From positions 20,090,001 through 20,154,000 of the forward strand of contig CM097885.1 of NCBI GenBank assembly GCA_044892525.1: a DNA stretch of 64,000 nucleotides, read 5' to 3'. Made by a program: the position numbers and the translations under genes. Positions 17,031 to 30,504 of the stretch are shown piece after piece. Under the pieces are notes generated by a model that searched no databases, was not told the origin of the DNA, and saw nothing but the letters and a program-made list of their open reading frames with translations. Every line of letters begins with the position of its first letter. Position 1 is the first letter of the stretch. Source of the DNA: Schmidtea polychroa (taxonomy: Eukaryota).

Positions 17031-18197
17031 GTAAATTAAGGATAAATAGGTAAATTAAGGGTCTAAAAATGGAATTACAGTAAAATATGGGCTCAGATTT
17101 TTGAATTAAAGTAAATTAAGGGTCTAAAAAATTAAATTAAAGTAAATTAAGGGCTTAATTAAGTAAAATAAAGTAAATTATTGGCTAAAAAATTAAATTA
17201 TAATTAAATTATGGTCCGAATTTTAAAATTAAAGTAATTTAAGGTTCCAAAAAAATTAAATTACAGTAAATTAAGGTTCAAATTTTTAAATTAAAGGAAA
17301 TTATAGTCTAAATTTACAATTAAAATAAATTATGGTTTAAAAATTGGATTGAAGTAATCAATGAGGTCAAATTTTTGAATTAAAATTAATTAAGGCTCAA
17401 ATAAGTAAATTAAGATCTAAATTTTTAAATTAAAGTAAATCAAGGTTCTGAAAAATGAATTAAAGTAAATTATGGCTAAGTTAATTAAGATAAAAATAGG
17501 TAAATTTATTTGCTAATTTTTAAAAGTGGTTTAAAATTTTAAAGTTAATGTAATATTTTTAAATTTTTCGCGCAAAACCGGACAAAATGTGCAGTGACGT
17601 GATAGTTTTTGAATAGTTTTAGTTTATTATTTTTCAGCTAATAAATAATATTATTTTATTGTTACATTATATTGTTATTTATTGAAATTGGTCCAAATAT
17701 ATATTTTCTTAAAGAAAAAAAATTGATTTTTTTGGTCGTTTTTTTTAAATTGTGCGTTAAGGGGTTAAGTAAATTAAAGTAAAAATTTAAAAATAAAAGT
17801 AAATTAATGTAATAAGTAAATTAAAGTAAGATTTTTAAATTTATTATCAAAAATTGAATAACCACAAACTATTTGAGAAATGTAATTTTTTAATGAAAAT
17901 TTTAATGAAATATTTTACAAAGTCAATTTTAAATGGAAATTTTTATTAAATTAATTTCAAAGTCAATTTAAGATGAAAGTTTTATGAAATATTTTTCAAT
18001 GTTAATTTTAGATGCAAATCTCTGTCAATTAATCAATGGCCACATGAAATTATAGGTTAAATATGAAAATAAAGGTTATATTTAGTTGTTAAGTAAATTA
18101 TGGTGTAAAATTAAGTAATAATAATAATTAGGTAAATTAAGGATAAGTAAGCAAATTATGGGCTCAAATATTTTAAATAAAGTAAATCAATGGATAT
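17030..18197. repeat. AT-rich minisatellite (AAAGTAAATTAAGG-type units), target site of the Gypsy element
   Basis: Repeated taaagtaaattaaggNtc units; similar sequence resumes after 22518. Confidence 0.6.
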
Positions 18198-18487
18198 TGT
18201 TAGAAGCTATAACATTTAATTCTTCTGTCATCAAAATAAATTACTAAGACTATTAAATCCAAAATTATATTTCATTAAATCTGATTATATAAACAAATAT
18301 TCTTGGGACATTTTCTAAATTTTAATTTCAACCAAATATCAACATACCATCGCATTCATACTTGAATTTCAATTTTATTAAAAATTATTTTATTTTAAAA
18401 TTTCAATTATCATTTCAATTTTAATATCTTAAAATAATTTAAGTTTCAATTAAAACTTTACAAATTTTAATCATGAACTAATTTAAT

Positions 18488-21140
18488 TTAGTATTTTAAT
18501 TTTAACTCCTCACATCCCCCTTTTTTAAAATGTTTGATCTTCTCAACATTTCTGACTACCATCTTCCCATTTTGATCTTTAAGTAAGTAGCTCCGTTCAT
18601 GTATTTTCTTTATCACTTTGTACGGCCCTTCCCACCTTGCATCGTCTTTATTTCGAATTTCTTGTTTGATCAAAACCACATCTTCCATTTCAAAATCTCT
18701 CGCTGTTTTGCTTATTTTTGGTTTTAGTGTTTTATCCTCTATTCTCTTTTCCATATCTTCTCTATTTATTTCTTTATTCGAGTACCATTTCATTCTGTCG
18801 ATTTTCCTCCCAAATATAATCTCTGCTGGGCTTACTCCCGTTGTTTTTTGAACTGTTGCATTTAAAGTATATTCTATTTCTGGCACTATATCAGCCCAGT
18901 TTTTCCTTCCTCCTTCATTCAATGACGCGTTAATATACTCTCTGATTGTTCTGAATTGTCTTTCAATAATACCATTCGTGTTATGGTGATATGGGCTTGA
19001 GAAAATTAATTCAATGCCAGCTGCCTTTGCTAGTTCTTTTATACTTCTTGCTTCAAAGTTCTTCCCACAATCTACATGAAGTTCTTTTGGAGCTCCAAAC
19101 TTTAATATCCATTTATTTAATAACGTCTCACTAATTGTTTTTTCGTCTTGCTTGTTTATGGCCGTTAATGAGATGTATTTACTATAGTGGTCAATGATTC
19201 CGCAAATATATTTCTTTTTGTTGAACGTTTCTTTCAATGGCCCACATATATCCATATATATCTTCTCGAATGGTTCTGTGCTCTTTATTGTTTGAGTTTC
19301 CTCCTTTGTCTTGGTTGTTATCGTTTTCATTTTCTGACATCTTTCGCAGTTCTCAATTACCTTTTTTACTTCCGTTGCTAAATTTTCCATGTCGCAGTTA
19401 TTCTGGATATATTTCGTTACTTTCTGTGCACCTGCATGGCACAGCAATACGTGTACTTCTTTTATCATCCTCTGTCTATTATCTGACGGTATCCATATTT
19501 TACCTTGCTTAGTTAGTACCGTGTTGTTTTCCATTATGAACTTACAATCTTTATTTTCTAACTTATTCTTTATTTCTTGGACCTCCATATTGTCATTTTG
19601 CCACTTGTTATATCCGCCTTCTGCTGTTACTGTTAATATTCTGGTTTTAATTTTGCCGGTTTTTGGGTCTTCGTGTTCCATCATACACTGTACACATGTT
19701 CCGCATGTTTTCCTGGATAGCATATCCGCGTTTGTATGGCTTGTTCCTTTCCTGTATTCCATTTTAATATCCAGGCTGCTTAAATAGTTGATCCATGTCT
19801 GGAATTGAGCAGTTATTGGTTTCTTCGTTGTTACCATAAACGTAATAGCTTTATGGTCCGTTCTCAGTACGAATCTCTTACCATATAAGTAATGGTTGAA
19901 ATGTTTACAAAAATAGTATATTGCCAATAATTCTTTTCTGGTAATGCACTATCCTTTTTCGTGGCTGCTCATCGCATGTGAACCATATGCAATGACATGT
20001 TCATGTCCTTTTTCATCCTTTTGCGAAAGAACTGCTCCAATAGTATCGAAGCTCGCGTCTGTGTCTAATATAAATTCTTTTTTGAAATCTGGAAATACCA
20101 ATACTGGGGCGGTTATCAATGCTTCTTTCATTTCCCCGAAAGCCTTTTCACACATCTCTGTCCATCTTATTTTCTCATTGTTTTTTCCGCATATGCTTTC
20201 TAGTGCTCTTGCCTTCTTTGCATAGTCTTTTATGAACCGTCGATAATAGTTACAGATACCCAGAAAGCTCCTCAGATTCTTTACACATTTTGGCTTTTGA
20301 AATGATTGTATTGCTTCTATCTTAGTATTATCTGTTTGTATGCCGTCTTTATTTATTATGTGTCCCAGAAACTTCACTTCTTTTCTAAATATTTGACATT
20401 TTTCGGGGTTCAATCTTAGTCCTGCTGTTGCGATCTTCCCTAGGACTTTTTCAAATATGTTATAATGGTTTTCTTCTGTCTTTGTAAATATTAGGATGTC
20501 GTCTAAATATACCATCACTCCATCTTTCCACAAATCTTTCAATACTTTCGTCATTAATTCTTGAAATGTTCCTGGTGCCGCTCCAATACCGAACGGCATC
20601 CTGTTAAAACAGAACTGTCTTTCTTTTGTTGAGAATGCTGTTTTCTCTTGAGATTCTTTATCTAACTTCACTTGGTAATAAGCATTTCCCAAGTCGATTG
20701 AGCTAAAATATCTGGATCCGTGTAGGATGTCTAAAATTTCATCTACATTTGGCATTGGAAATGCTTGTCTTTCTGTTATCTTGTTTAATTGTCTGAAGTC
20801 TAGACAAAGCCTGATGTCTTTTTTCTCTTTCTTCCATACACAAACTAAAGGTGTGTTCCACGGTGAATTACACTTCCTAATTATTCCGTTGTTTTCTAGC
20901 TTTTTTATTGCTTCCTCAATCTTGTCTTCCAAATTTATTGGCTGACGTCTCGGTTTAATCATTATTGGCTCTCCTTTCGTGATGATCTTATGTTTTATCA
21001 GATTGGTACACCCAATGTCCCATTTATCTGCCATAAAAACATTCTTGTTTGCCTGAAATATTTCTAACAGTCTCTTATTTCCGGTAACCTTTAAAACGTC
21101 GATGGCATGACGTAATCTTTCTTCATTTGTTATAATCCGT
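18488..21140 (-). pseudogene. pol: Gypsy pol (RT-RNase H-integrase) with one in-frame TAG at 19949-19951; no aspartic protease
   Basis: RT YLDD, RMPFG; RH TDAS, HEKG*CITRKELLA; IN HHCC zinc finger, D-D-E, GPY motif; ORFs 19949-21034 and 18488-19927 are in the same frame. Confidence 0.92.
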
Positions 21141-22197
21141 TTGACGGAGCGTGCTCGTTTGGGTCATTCTCCCTGTTATACTCGTCTGGCTGGCTTGACT
21201 GTTTTGTATTCATCATCTCATCATCAGACTCGATAGCTGCAATATCTTTTCTGTTATATTGTTGGTTTCCCCATTGTCTTTGATGTACGTTCCTTGATTG
21301 ATACATATCTTCCCTTTGTTGATAGGTATTTCTTTGAATTCTTCCTCCTGACATCTTCCTTTGATCTCGATCTCTTCCTTGATTTCGTCTTTCCATATTT
21401 GTGTAGCACTCTCTTTCTTTGTGTCCTCGTGCATTGCATCTATGACATTTGATTGTTGGGCATTCTCTTCGTATGTGACCTTCAACACCACATGCATAAC
21501 ATTGAAATCTTCTTTTTATATTACATTCTCTGCTACCGTGTCCCGGTTTTTGACACGTCCAGCATTCTATCACTTTAATTCTTGTCTCTGGTTTCCATTC
21601 GTTGATTTTTCTCTTCGTGGCTCCAACTTGTACTACATCTCTATAAGTCCTTCCTCCAGTTGTAGGTCGTATTGATCTCACCGTGTTTACTTGTTCAATA
21701 ACCTTGTTAACTTTTTCTATCTTCTTTATAGTTTCTTTAATTTGTTCCGCCGTTTTGAGATCTTTCATTTCGATTTTTTTCCTGACTTCTTTATCTTTTA
21801 CACAATGTGTCAATAAACATTTCTGAATTTCTTCCTCATTCCAAGTGTGTGAGGCCAATTTTTTAGTCATTTTTGATATTTTCTCTATAAATATTTCCGC
21901 TGATTCGTTACCTTGCTCGTAGTTCAAGGCTTCTCTTAAGTCATCAATCAATGACGTTGGTCGATGAAAAGCTGCTCTTAATTTCTGTTCAACGGTTTTA
22001 CCTTCTGCGGTTTCATATTCTTCAATCAAAGTCCTGTCCAGAAGTGTAATAACTAGTACCATTTGGGTCTTCACTGGTGTCTTCGTTATTTCAAAGAACC
22101 TCTGACATTCTTTGATAAATAATTCGAGGTCATCTCCTCTGTGGAATTTTTCTGGAAGTAATCTTCCAATAAGCAGATCCGTTGGAATGGTCGCCAT
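21130..22197 (-). CDS. gag: Gypsy Gag with three CCHC zinc knuckles
   Basis: CWTCQKPGHGSREC, CYACGVEGHIRREC, CHRCNARGHKEREC; likely ATG spans the LTR end and the PBS. Confidence 0.9.
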   Translation of the reverse strand: MATIPTDLLIGRLLPEKFHRGDDLELFIKECQRFFEITKTPVKTQMVLVITLLDRTLIEEYETAEGKTVEQKLRAAFHRPTSLIDDLREALNYEQGNESAEIFIEKISKMTKKLASHTWNEEEIQKCLLTHCVKDKEVRKKIEMKDLKTAEQIKETIKKIEKVNKVIEQVNTVRSIRPTTGGRTYRDVVQVGATKRKINEWKPETRIKVIECWTCQKPGHGSRECNIKRRFQCYACGVEGHIRRECPTIKCHRCNARGHKERECYTNMERRNQGRDRDQRKMSGGRIQRNTYQQREDMYQSRNVHQRQWGNQQYNRKDIAAIESDDEMMNTKQSSQPDEYNRENDPNEHAPSNGL

Positions 22198-22561
22198 GTT
22201 AGAAGCTATAACATTTAATTCTTCTGTCATCAAAATAAATTACTAAGACTATTAAATCCAAAATTATATTTCATTAAATCTGATTATATAAACAAATATT
22301 CTTGGGACATTTTCTAAATTTTAATTTCAACCAAATATCAACATACCATCGCATTCATACTTGAATTTCAATTTTATTAAAAATTATTTTATTTTAAAAT
22401 TTCAATTATCATTTCAATTTTAATATCTTAAAATAATTTAAGTTTCAATTAAAACTTTACAAATTTTAATCATGAACTAATTTAATTTAGTATTTTAATT
22501 TTAACTCCTCACAGATATATTTGGTAAACAATGGTTAAATTAAGTAATCAATGGTCTAGAA

Positions 22562-23290
22562 CAGCGTTTTCAAAAGTGGATTCCGCGGAACCCTGGAGTT
22601 CCGTGGACTGATAGAGGGGTTCCGCGAACTTTTTGCAAATAAATAATTTATCAAAAAAAAGATTTATAAATAAAGATTTTTAAATAATTATTGATTTTAT
22701 TCGATCCAATTTAAAATTCTTTTTCAATTCTTTTTTAAAGGAAAACCACAGTTTTTTCAATTATATTGTTTTAAAATACGCATTAAAAATACGAATTTAA
22801 AATTAGGTTTAATAATATTTGATAAAAAGGTAAGTTATTTTTTCAATTTTTGAAAATAATCGTATGAGTTACACAAGCTGCACTCAAGTCGTCAGTCAAA
22901 CTGTTTCTGGTGTCTGATTTTATGAAGTTCATCGATGAAAACAATGATTCGCACGAGTAACTAGATGAGAAAATTGACAAAATCGCAATCGCTACTTTTT
23001 TCAGAATTGAAAGTTTCAGGAAGGCGATTCCAGACACTGAGCACCTCGTTTTCAGCTGGTAGCTGCGGTTCTGATCCATTGCAGTGCTCACGTTCAATTC
23101 TTTCTAGTTGCACTCGTTAGTCGACAAACTTTTGTTTCCAAATTGAGCTGGACTGTAGCCCAACTAACTGCATTTCAAAAACTTGTAATTCCATCCAGTC
23201 AAACATTGTTAAATCCAAATTTTCAAACTCGACTGTATCTGGATAATTTATAAATTTTGTTCAGTCCACCAATCTTGGAATCCTCTGCCA
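22562..23290 (-). mobile_element. hAT (Charlie/SPIN-like) transposon 3' remnant
   Basis: TIR-like CAGCGTTTTCAAAAGTGGATTCCGCGGAACCC; dimerisation motif ILSIFSSSYSCESLFSSMNFIKSDTRNSLTD. Confidence 0.8.
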
Positions 23291-23599
23291 GTTCCTTCTT
23301 CTGAAAGTTTTATTTATTTTGCTTTGAACACGACATTTTATTTAGAAAAATTTCTATTTTTAAATTATTAAATATTTACAAAAAAATTCAATCTTTCACA
23401 AATAATAATGTCAACAAGATGTCCGCGTGATCAAATTCATGCGCATCTTAACTTGTTTATTTTTACTTGTTAAAACAAATGCGGAATATACAAAAATTGA
23501 TAGAAAATAATTTATATATTTAATCATAAGAAATATATATTCTGCCATCTGAAAATGACCTATTGTTCGATTCCTAGTTAACAGTTTCTAAAATAAAAT

Positions 23600-24950
23600 A
23601 AAATAAAATCATAATTGTAATTTTATTGATTTTATTGAATGTGAACGTGTTTGGACCTTCACAAGGACTTATCATGGTATCTAAGAAAGCAATCTTGCCT
23701 TCTGGGTCAGGTAGTTCAAGAGTGAATTGTATATTAGTGTTAGTGGAGTTTGCCAGTGCCAAGATTATATTGAGAGGTACCGTGGAGACTATGAAAATGT
23801 CATCAATGTATCTTTTCCACATAAGGATTTTATCTCCAAAAAAAGATCTAATATTAGATTCTACATGATGCATGTAGAAAATGGCTTAAATCGGCGAAAG
23901 GTTGTTACCCGTAGCTAGACCATGAATTTGTTTGAACGGTTTTCTTTTAATTAATGCAGTATGAGTTTATGGCTAGTTTGACAATTTCTACGAAATTTTG
24001 TTCAGACAAGTCTGCAAAAACAGTTTCTGGTTTGAAGGTTTCGAAGAAAGAAGCTGCAACTGTGAAGACGTTGTTCTCTCCAGTTCTCTCACAAAAGTAT
24101 TACCGCTCTAATGATGTTGAAAGAGATAGGTTTGTAATTTCTGCAACAAATTGAATTATGTTTTTAAGATGACAGGGGATAAAATTTAGTAGATTTTTAA
24201 GGATTTCAGCAAGAATCTTTGAAAGAGTTGTGGATGTCGTGTCAACAGCAGATACAAGAGGTATACCATTTAAAGGATCTTTGTGATCTTTGGGCAACAT
24301 TGTCATTGTACTAGGTAAAGGTTCACTACAATTGCATTTTCCAAGTAAATCTCTGATTTCGAGGTTAGTCTGTTTGTTAGTAATGACAGCAAGCTTCTTA
24401 TTAAATACGATCTGCGAGGAGGATAGTAAGATCATTTTGTTTGTTGTGGAATAATTGGCGAGATGTTCGTTGAAGAGTGATTCATAATGATCCGTGTTAA
24501 GCGCCACAATTCTGTTTGTTTTATCTGAAGGCAGGATTGTTAAATCTTTAAATTTTTTAAGTGTTTTTATATTACGAGTGAGAGATTTTTGTGTCGAGAG
24601 CTGCTCTTTCATGAGATAAACCTGTTTCTTGACAATGTTCTTAATGTCATTTTCCATTAAGATTGAAAAGATGATTGTATTTTTCAGCGATGTTAGAAGA
24701 TTCTGAATGAAATTCGGTTAATGATTTTTTTGTTTTTAGATGTAATCCAACTTGTCTTCTTAGACTATCAAAAGTGACATTAGTTATAATTTCAACTTTG
24801 TTAAGATCTTTAGGTTTGGTGGTGGAACTAAAGCTGGTCTCTTACTGAGAAGATTTTCTTGTGCTTTGGTGAAAATGTGGTCGGATTTGTTTATAAAAGT
24901 TTGAGCTGTTTCTAAGACCTTGATGTTGCGTTCAAATTTCTTTGCAAAGA
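23600..24950 (-). pseudogene. Penelope-like retroelement RT, degenerate
   Basis: ILPSDKTNRIVAL, LPKDHK, WKRYIDDIF, IQFTLELPDPEGKIAFLD; interrupted by stops and frameshifts. Confidence 0.85.
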
Positions 24951-25279
24951 TTAGCAGAGGAGACTCTTTATATCAAAAAACTTAAACCCTCCATCAACAT
25001 TCAATTAAATTAATACTTAAATTAATATTTAATTAGATTTAAAATTTAAGATTTAAAAAATATTTAAAATATAAAAATCGTTTTTTTATAAAATAAAATA
25101 TTAAAAAATTAAAAATTAAATCAAATTATAGAATTTAAAATTTATTTATTATTTGGGTAGTAAATATAATATAAATAAAATATAACTAAACCAATAAATT
25201 TATTATAAAACACAAAATAAATTAATTTTTTTCCAACAATAATTATTAAATGTAATTCAAAATTTAAATGTAGATCAAA

Positions 25280-25314
25280 TTCACTTGAAAAAGGCAGTGC
25301 CGAAAATTCGTGAG
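25280..25314 (+). ncRNA. Variant minimal hammerhead-like motif associated with the PLE
   Basis: TTCAC-TTGAAAAA-GGC-AGT-GCC-GAAA-AT-TC-GTGAG: stem I TTCAC/GTGAG, stem II GGC/GCC, GAAA and TC cleavage site. Confidence 0.5.
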
Positions 25315-25392
25315 TATCAACAAAAATCGATATATTACTGATTTATAGTCTTCAAACTCTCTTTTTAATAAATCATAATAATAACAATAATA

Positions 25393-25468
<76 letters not shown>

Positions 25469-25980
25469 TAATAATAATAATAATTAAATACATTATTTGC
25501 AGCAAAAGGCTTAAATTATCATTTTATTGTTTTAAATAATAAATTAAATAATAATCTTAATAGTAATAATAATTCAAAAACCAAGTATTTACAATACCAA
25601 GTACCATGAAAAAAAACCTTGTACTAGCAACCACATATTTACACATAAAATAATAACAATAAAATTTTTCATCAAGTATTTGCTTATAATAATCTCTTCT
25701 TAATTCAACAAGTAAATTATTTCCTATATTCTTGTTAAAATCTAAAAAGTCAACTAAATACTAACAACTATGTACTTCAAACAAACAGTTAACCTAACAA
25801 CTACGTACTATCTAGATACTATTTACAATATGATACTAACTTCCAGATACTAAATATTTTTTACTAGATACTAATAAATAAGTACCAAATACTTACAACT
25901 AGGTACCATGCACTAACAACCAACTAAGTATGCCTATGTATAATTGTCAACCACTTCAAAACACTAAGTTGAATTGAAAA

Positions 25981-26322
25981 TCTCTATATATAAAAAAGAT
26001 AAGGGTCCCCTCCATCCGAATTTTACTTTAATTAACATATGTTTGTACGAGAAAATTTTTTTTTTTTAATTTTTTAATAATTTTTCTTTTATTTTTTTAA
26101 TTTTTTTTAATTTATTTTTTTTATGATGTATTTATTCTTTTGTATTTATGATTCTATATTACTTTGAAACGGTTTATGCTATTATTTTTTATCATAGTTA
26201 TGTAAACATATTAATAAACTGAATCTTACTCCTGTCCAAGAATACCCTGGATATTTACTTTAACATTAACCGCACCTTCTAACGGGGTTGGTGAAGCGAA
26301 GCGAACGGGGCAGAGCCCCTAT
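25981..26322 (+). mobile_element. Non-autonomous Helitron-like element
   Basis: 5' TCTCTATATATAAA start; 3' GC-rich hairpin GGGGCAGAGCCCC followed by a degenerate CTAG. Confidence 0.5.
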
Positions 26323-28126
26323 TAATTTAAATAAAATTACAATGAAAGACTATAGAATTCTAATTCTAAGTCACAAAAGATCTGCATAACTTTAAATTGA
26401 TTACTACTGACATATTATTGCAAAGTGAAAATTTCATTCTATAAATAGTTATTGTTGATTCGTTTTATCCGACAGGATGTTTTGACCCGCTATGGGTACT
26501 GGTCGTAAGGATATTGGTCGTAAGGATATTGGTCGTAAGGGTCACACTCAACCCCTCTTACCCATTAACTAGCTACCATGTACTAACAACTAGGTCTCAA
26601 ACAACTAAATATTAAACGCTTACAACCATGTATTAACAACCAACAGCAAATCCTATCGAAAAATTAACAAATATCAACCTAAAACATTATAACAACAATC
26701 AGTTAACAACACCCTACCAACTACCAAGTTGGTACTACTAACAACTTCGTATCATCAACCAGTAACTTACGAACACGTATTTACACCCAGATACATACAA
26801 CTAGATACTAACAACCAGATAACTGCTACCAATTACTTACAACTAGATACCAATTACTTATAACCAACTAGCAATACATAAAAAATAATAACAATTAAAT
26901 ACAAAATATATACTTTTAATAAATAAATATAGTCATATATACAAAAATATATACAAAATATATATCTTTAATTCCTATTATCACGAATATTTCCCTATAA
27001 AACATGTAAAATAATTTGATCATTAATCCTAAATAATTTATAAAATCTAATGATAAAACCAGTTATAATTAAAAATAATTAAAAAATTTTTCTAAAACTC
27101 AAAATTTAAAATAAATATTACTGTACAATTTAACCTACTAGATCCCATTGAAAGATTAAATTTATCCATCCAATAAAATATATTTCTTCAAATGATCATA
27201 TTTTACTCTTAACTAATATTCAACCGAATTAATTTCTAATTAAAATCACCTGATAAATTTCTTCCAAAGATCAATTTACTTTAGTCGATGTCCAACTTTT
27301 TAAAGTCAATATTTCTCTACTTTTGTCAGTGTCTAAAACATCTTAAATAAAGTTAAATAAAGATAAAGATAAAATATTTTAAAGTTGATATCAATTCCAA
27401 TTATCTCTAAAGATCTCAAATATTAATAATCCTTGTTCTAAACCATAAATCTAAATTAATTTACTGTGCATTCATCACAAATTAATAAAACGATATAGTT
27501 TCAAACTATTATTGATCAACTATTTCCACTAATGTAATTTCCCTTAAACATTTCTAATAAGAATCCATTTAAATACTCAAAAGATTCCCACCTTCCTCTC
27601 ACCAAATATTTCAATCCCTTTAAACATCCAACCGACTATATCCCCAAAAGATCATATATTCCAATCTTAACCGAACCCCGACAAAATATTTCTATCCCTT
27701 TAAACATCAATGTAAATCCCTTAATTTCCCTAAAGATTCCACCCACTTGAGCCCTATAATATATCAATTCTCTGAAATCCATAGCAAATTCTTCAAAATA
27801 TGAATTTTATTTAATTGTTACAGACACCAAATATTCTTCCATTAAAATAATTTAGTAGCTATGTAGTAAGAGCTCACTGAAAGATCAAAATTCAATATTT
27901 TCTACAAATATTTTACCACATTTACCATCAAATACCTAACTAGAGATGATATATATTGATTGATCATAATTCTTTATCGATTCAGCCAATCATTTTCAAG
28001 CAATAATAGCAAACTAAATCACAAATTTCAGTATATTCTACAATAATTTCGAAAACAAATATCATAATATTAATTATTAGTTATTACCCTTTTCAATCAA
28101 AATAAGTTAAATGTAATATTAAAATA

Positions 28127-29103
28127 CAGTGGCTGCCGCTTATTGTAATCACTTTAGGCCAACAAAAAACTGATAACATTATCCGAATGATAAAAATAAC
28201 CGGAAAAAATGCATTTTTTAAACTTTTTAATTAAATAAGCAGCAATACAAATATATACGGAAATCTCAAAATGCATAAAATGTTTAGAAGAAATCATGTA
28301 AAGACGATTGCCTGGTATCTTCTCTCATTAAACTATTAATAAAAGCCTCATATTTATAATGTTTGTGAAATTCTGAAGATCTGTGCTGTACACCCAGTCT
28401 TAAAGTTTGTAGAGCATTTCTGATTTCAAGAGCAGTCGGCGGTTTGTTGTTTGTTTGGCTTTCATCTTCATCTTCGTCCTCAATTAATGCTGGGCTAGTC
28501 TGAGTTACTGTGTCACAGATTTCCGCATCTGTCATTTTTTCTGCAATTGGTATGTTTTGATCAATTACCATCCATTCCGCAAAAGCTTCATAATATAGAT
28601 CAGTTGAGTTTTCAACAATTTCCACTGATTCCAAATCTTCTGTTTGTGAACCTGCCATGACTGAAGCAATTTTTTATTGTCTTTTCAGAGACACTTTTCC
28701 ACGACATTGCTAAAAGATGAAGAGCATCAAGAGATGTTTGTTTTTTTGGCTAACTCATTTGCAGTCAGTTTTTGACTATCCCCCATCATATTTTCCAAGA
28801 CTCTTGATCTCATTCCCCTTCGATAATATGCCTTCAGTGTTCGAATGATTCCTTGATCACAGGGCTGAATCAAAGCTGTCGTATTTGCTGGTAAGAAGAT
28901 CACCTTGATCTGTTTTAAATTGACCTTGACAATATGTGCGGTACAGTTGTCAACCAACAAAACAATTTTATGGTTCAGTTTGTTATCCCATTTGAGAAGC
29001 CATTCATTAAAAATCAGAGTTGTCATCCAAGCATTTTTGTTAGAATAGTAATCAACTGAAAGCTGTTTTACACTTTAAAGCATCTTGGGCTTGCTGATTT
29101 CCC
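28127..29103 (-). mobile_element. Tigger/pogo DDE transposase 3' remnant with one TIR
   Basis: TA + CAGTGGCTGCCGCTTATTGT end; NKNAWMTTLIFNEWL, LLVDNCTAH, FLPANTTALIQPCDQGII; C-terminal QSSLHDFF. Confidence 0.88.
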
Positions 29104-29499
29104 ATTATAACCAAAATCCTTGCTTTTTTAGTGAAGACGCCATTGTTGTATTGAAAATCCCAGGACCAAGGAGACCCACCTTAATTTTCTTAGAAAAATC
29201 CTTGCTTTTTTGAATTTTTTGTATTGAAAATATCGTGAGATTTGAAATTACTATGGTTTTTTTATCGATAATTGAAATTTGTATTGAAAATCTCAGAACC
29301 AAGGAGCCCCATTCAGTATAATCAGAAAAAACCTAACTTTTTTCTATAGGATCTATTTTGTATTGAATATTTTTTTTGTATTGATAATCCCATAAAAAAT
29401 GAGTGTAGCTTACTGCAGCAGTTACGTAACCGAAAAGCAAAAAAAATCCGTCTGCAGCAAATCTTTTCCTAGGGGGGATCGAGAAATTTCTGAAAATGG

Positions 29500-30460
29500 T
29501 GTAAGAGAAGCGAAGAATTGCTAGGTTCTGGTCAGGTGGATTGATTCTTCCTAACACATATACATCTGAATTCAAAGATATAAATACGGAATATGTGGTG
29601 TAATTATAAATAGTTTAATATGAATTAAACAAGACTTGAATATAAGAACTTTATTAACTATGCACAAATATACAAAAGTGAATAAATATGTTTCCCAAAA
29701 ATGCCGCTGAAATACTATGAAGGAAAGAATATCGGTTATACAAACCGTCCTCAGATAAAAGTGACAAATACTGGATCTAATTGCTAATTTAAAGTTTGGG
29801 ACAAGAAGGAGGGATTTCCCGAAGTTTGTGCGATCATCTAAATCGATATTGTTCTAGCATTACCTATATTAAACCCTCTGGTAATTTAATTTCCAAGGAG
29901 TAAGACAGACAGAAATGCTGCTTCTCGTAGCTGGGTTGTGCAATTATTTTATAGATATTCAAATATTCAAATAACCTCACTGTTAAGAATATTGGTTGAT
30001 TTCGCTTTCCTTTGGACGATTTTAAGAAGCTTTACAGCTTTTAATTCCTCTTCGGGTTTTTATATTTGAATCTAAGCAGAAATAGCTTGAAACAAATTTC
30101 TCTGACTGAATGAATTTATCTCTGGCTTATATAGAAATTTCTGAGGCTAATTAGTTTCCTTGGTAACTGCAAAATATCTCCTGCTAATTTCTCTATGTGA
30201 TAAATTTCTTTTTCTCACACTAACTGGTTGGATAGATTTTTTCTGTGAATCGCTGTTTAGTCGTTATCGATTTTGTCAGCAATATATATATATTTATAAA
30301 TTACTTATTATAGTATTCTTGTACTTATTATTTATAGTAATTAATTATTCCAGATATAGTAATTATTTATTTACCTAAACTATTTATAGTAATTTATTCT
30401 AAATTTAGTAATTATTAATTATTTACACTTATTATTATTATTTATGTCCTAGCCTCTACA
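29500..30460 (-). mobile_element. Possible solo LTR
   Basis: TGTAAGAG...CTCTACA ends; minus-strand TATA (about 30128) and AATAAA (about 29650); TSD not convincing. Confidence 0.35.
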
Positions 30461-30504
30461 TGGCTATCGAAAATTGCTCTTAGAGCGAGTCAAACCCCAA
30501 CAGA

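Larger units (their letters stand above)
18198..22513 (-). mobile_element. Ty3/Gypsy LTR retrotransposon, 4.3 kb, protease-deleted, recent insertion
   Basis: 317-bp LTRs 18198-18514 and 22197-22513 look identical (TG...CA); 5-bp TSD GATAT; PBS TGGCGACCA; PPT AAAAAAGGGGGA; domain order gag-RT-RH-IN. Confidence 0.96.

Noticed and set aside
19949..19951. Programmed readthrough of the TAG in Gypsy pol
   Set aside because: Falls at a normally Tyr position inside RNase H; a nonsense mutation is simpler
18618..21675. Plus-strand ORFs within the Gypsy element
   Set aside because: Antisense shadows of gag and pol with no recognisable motifs
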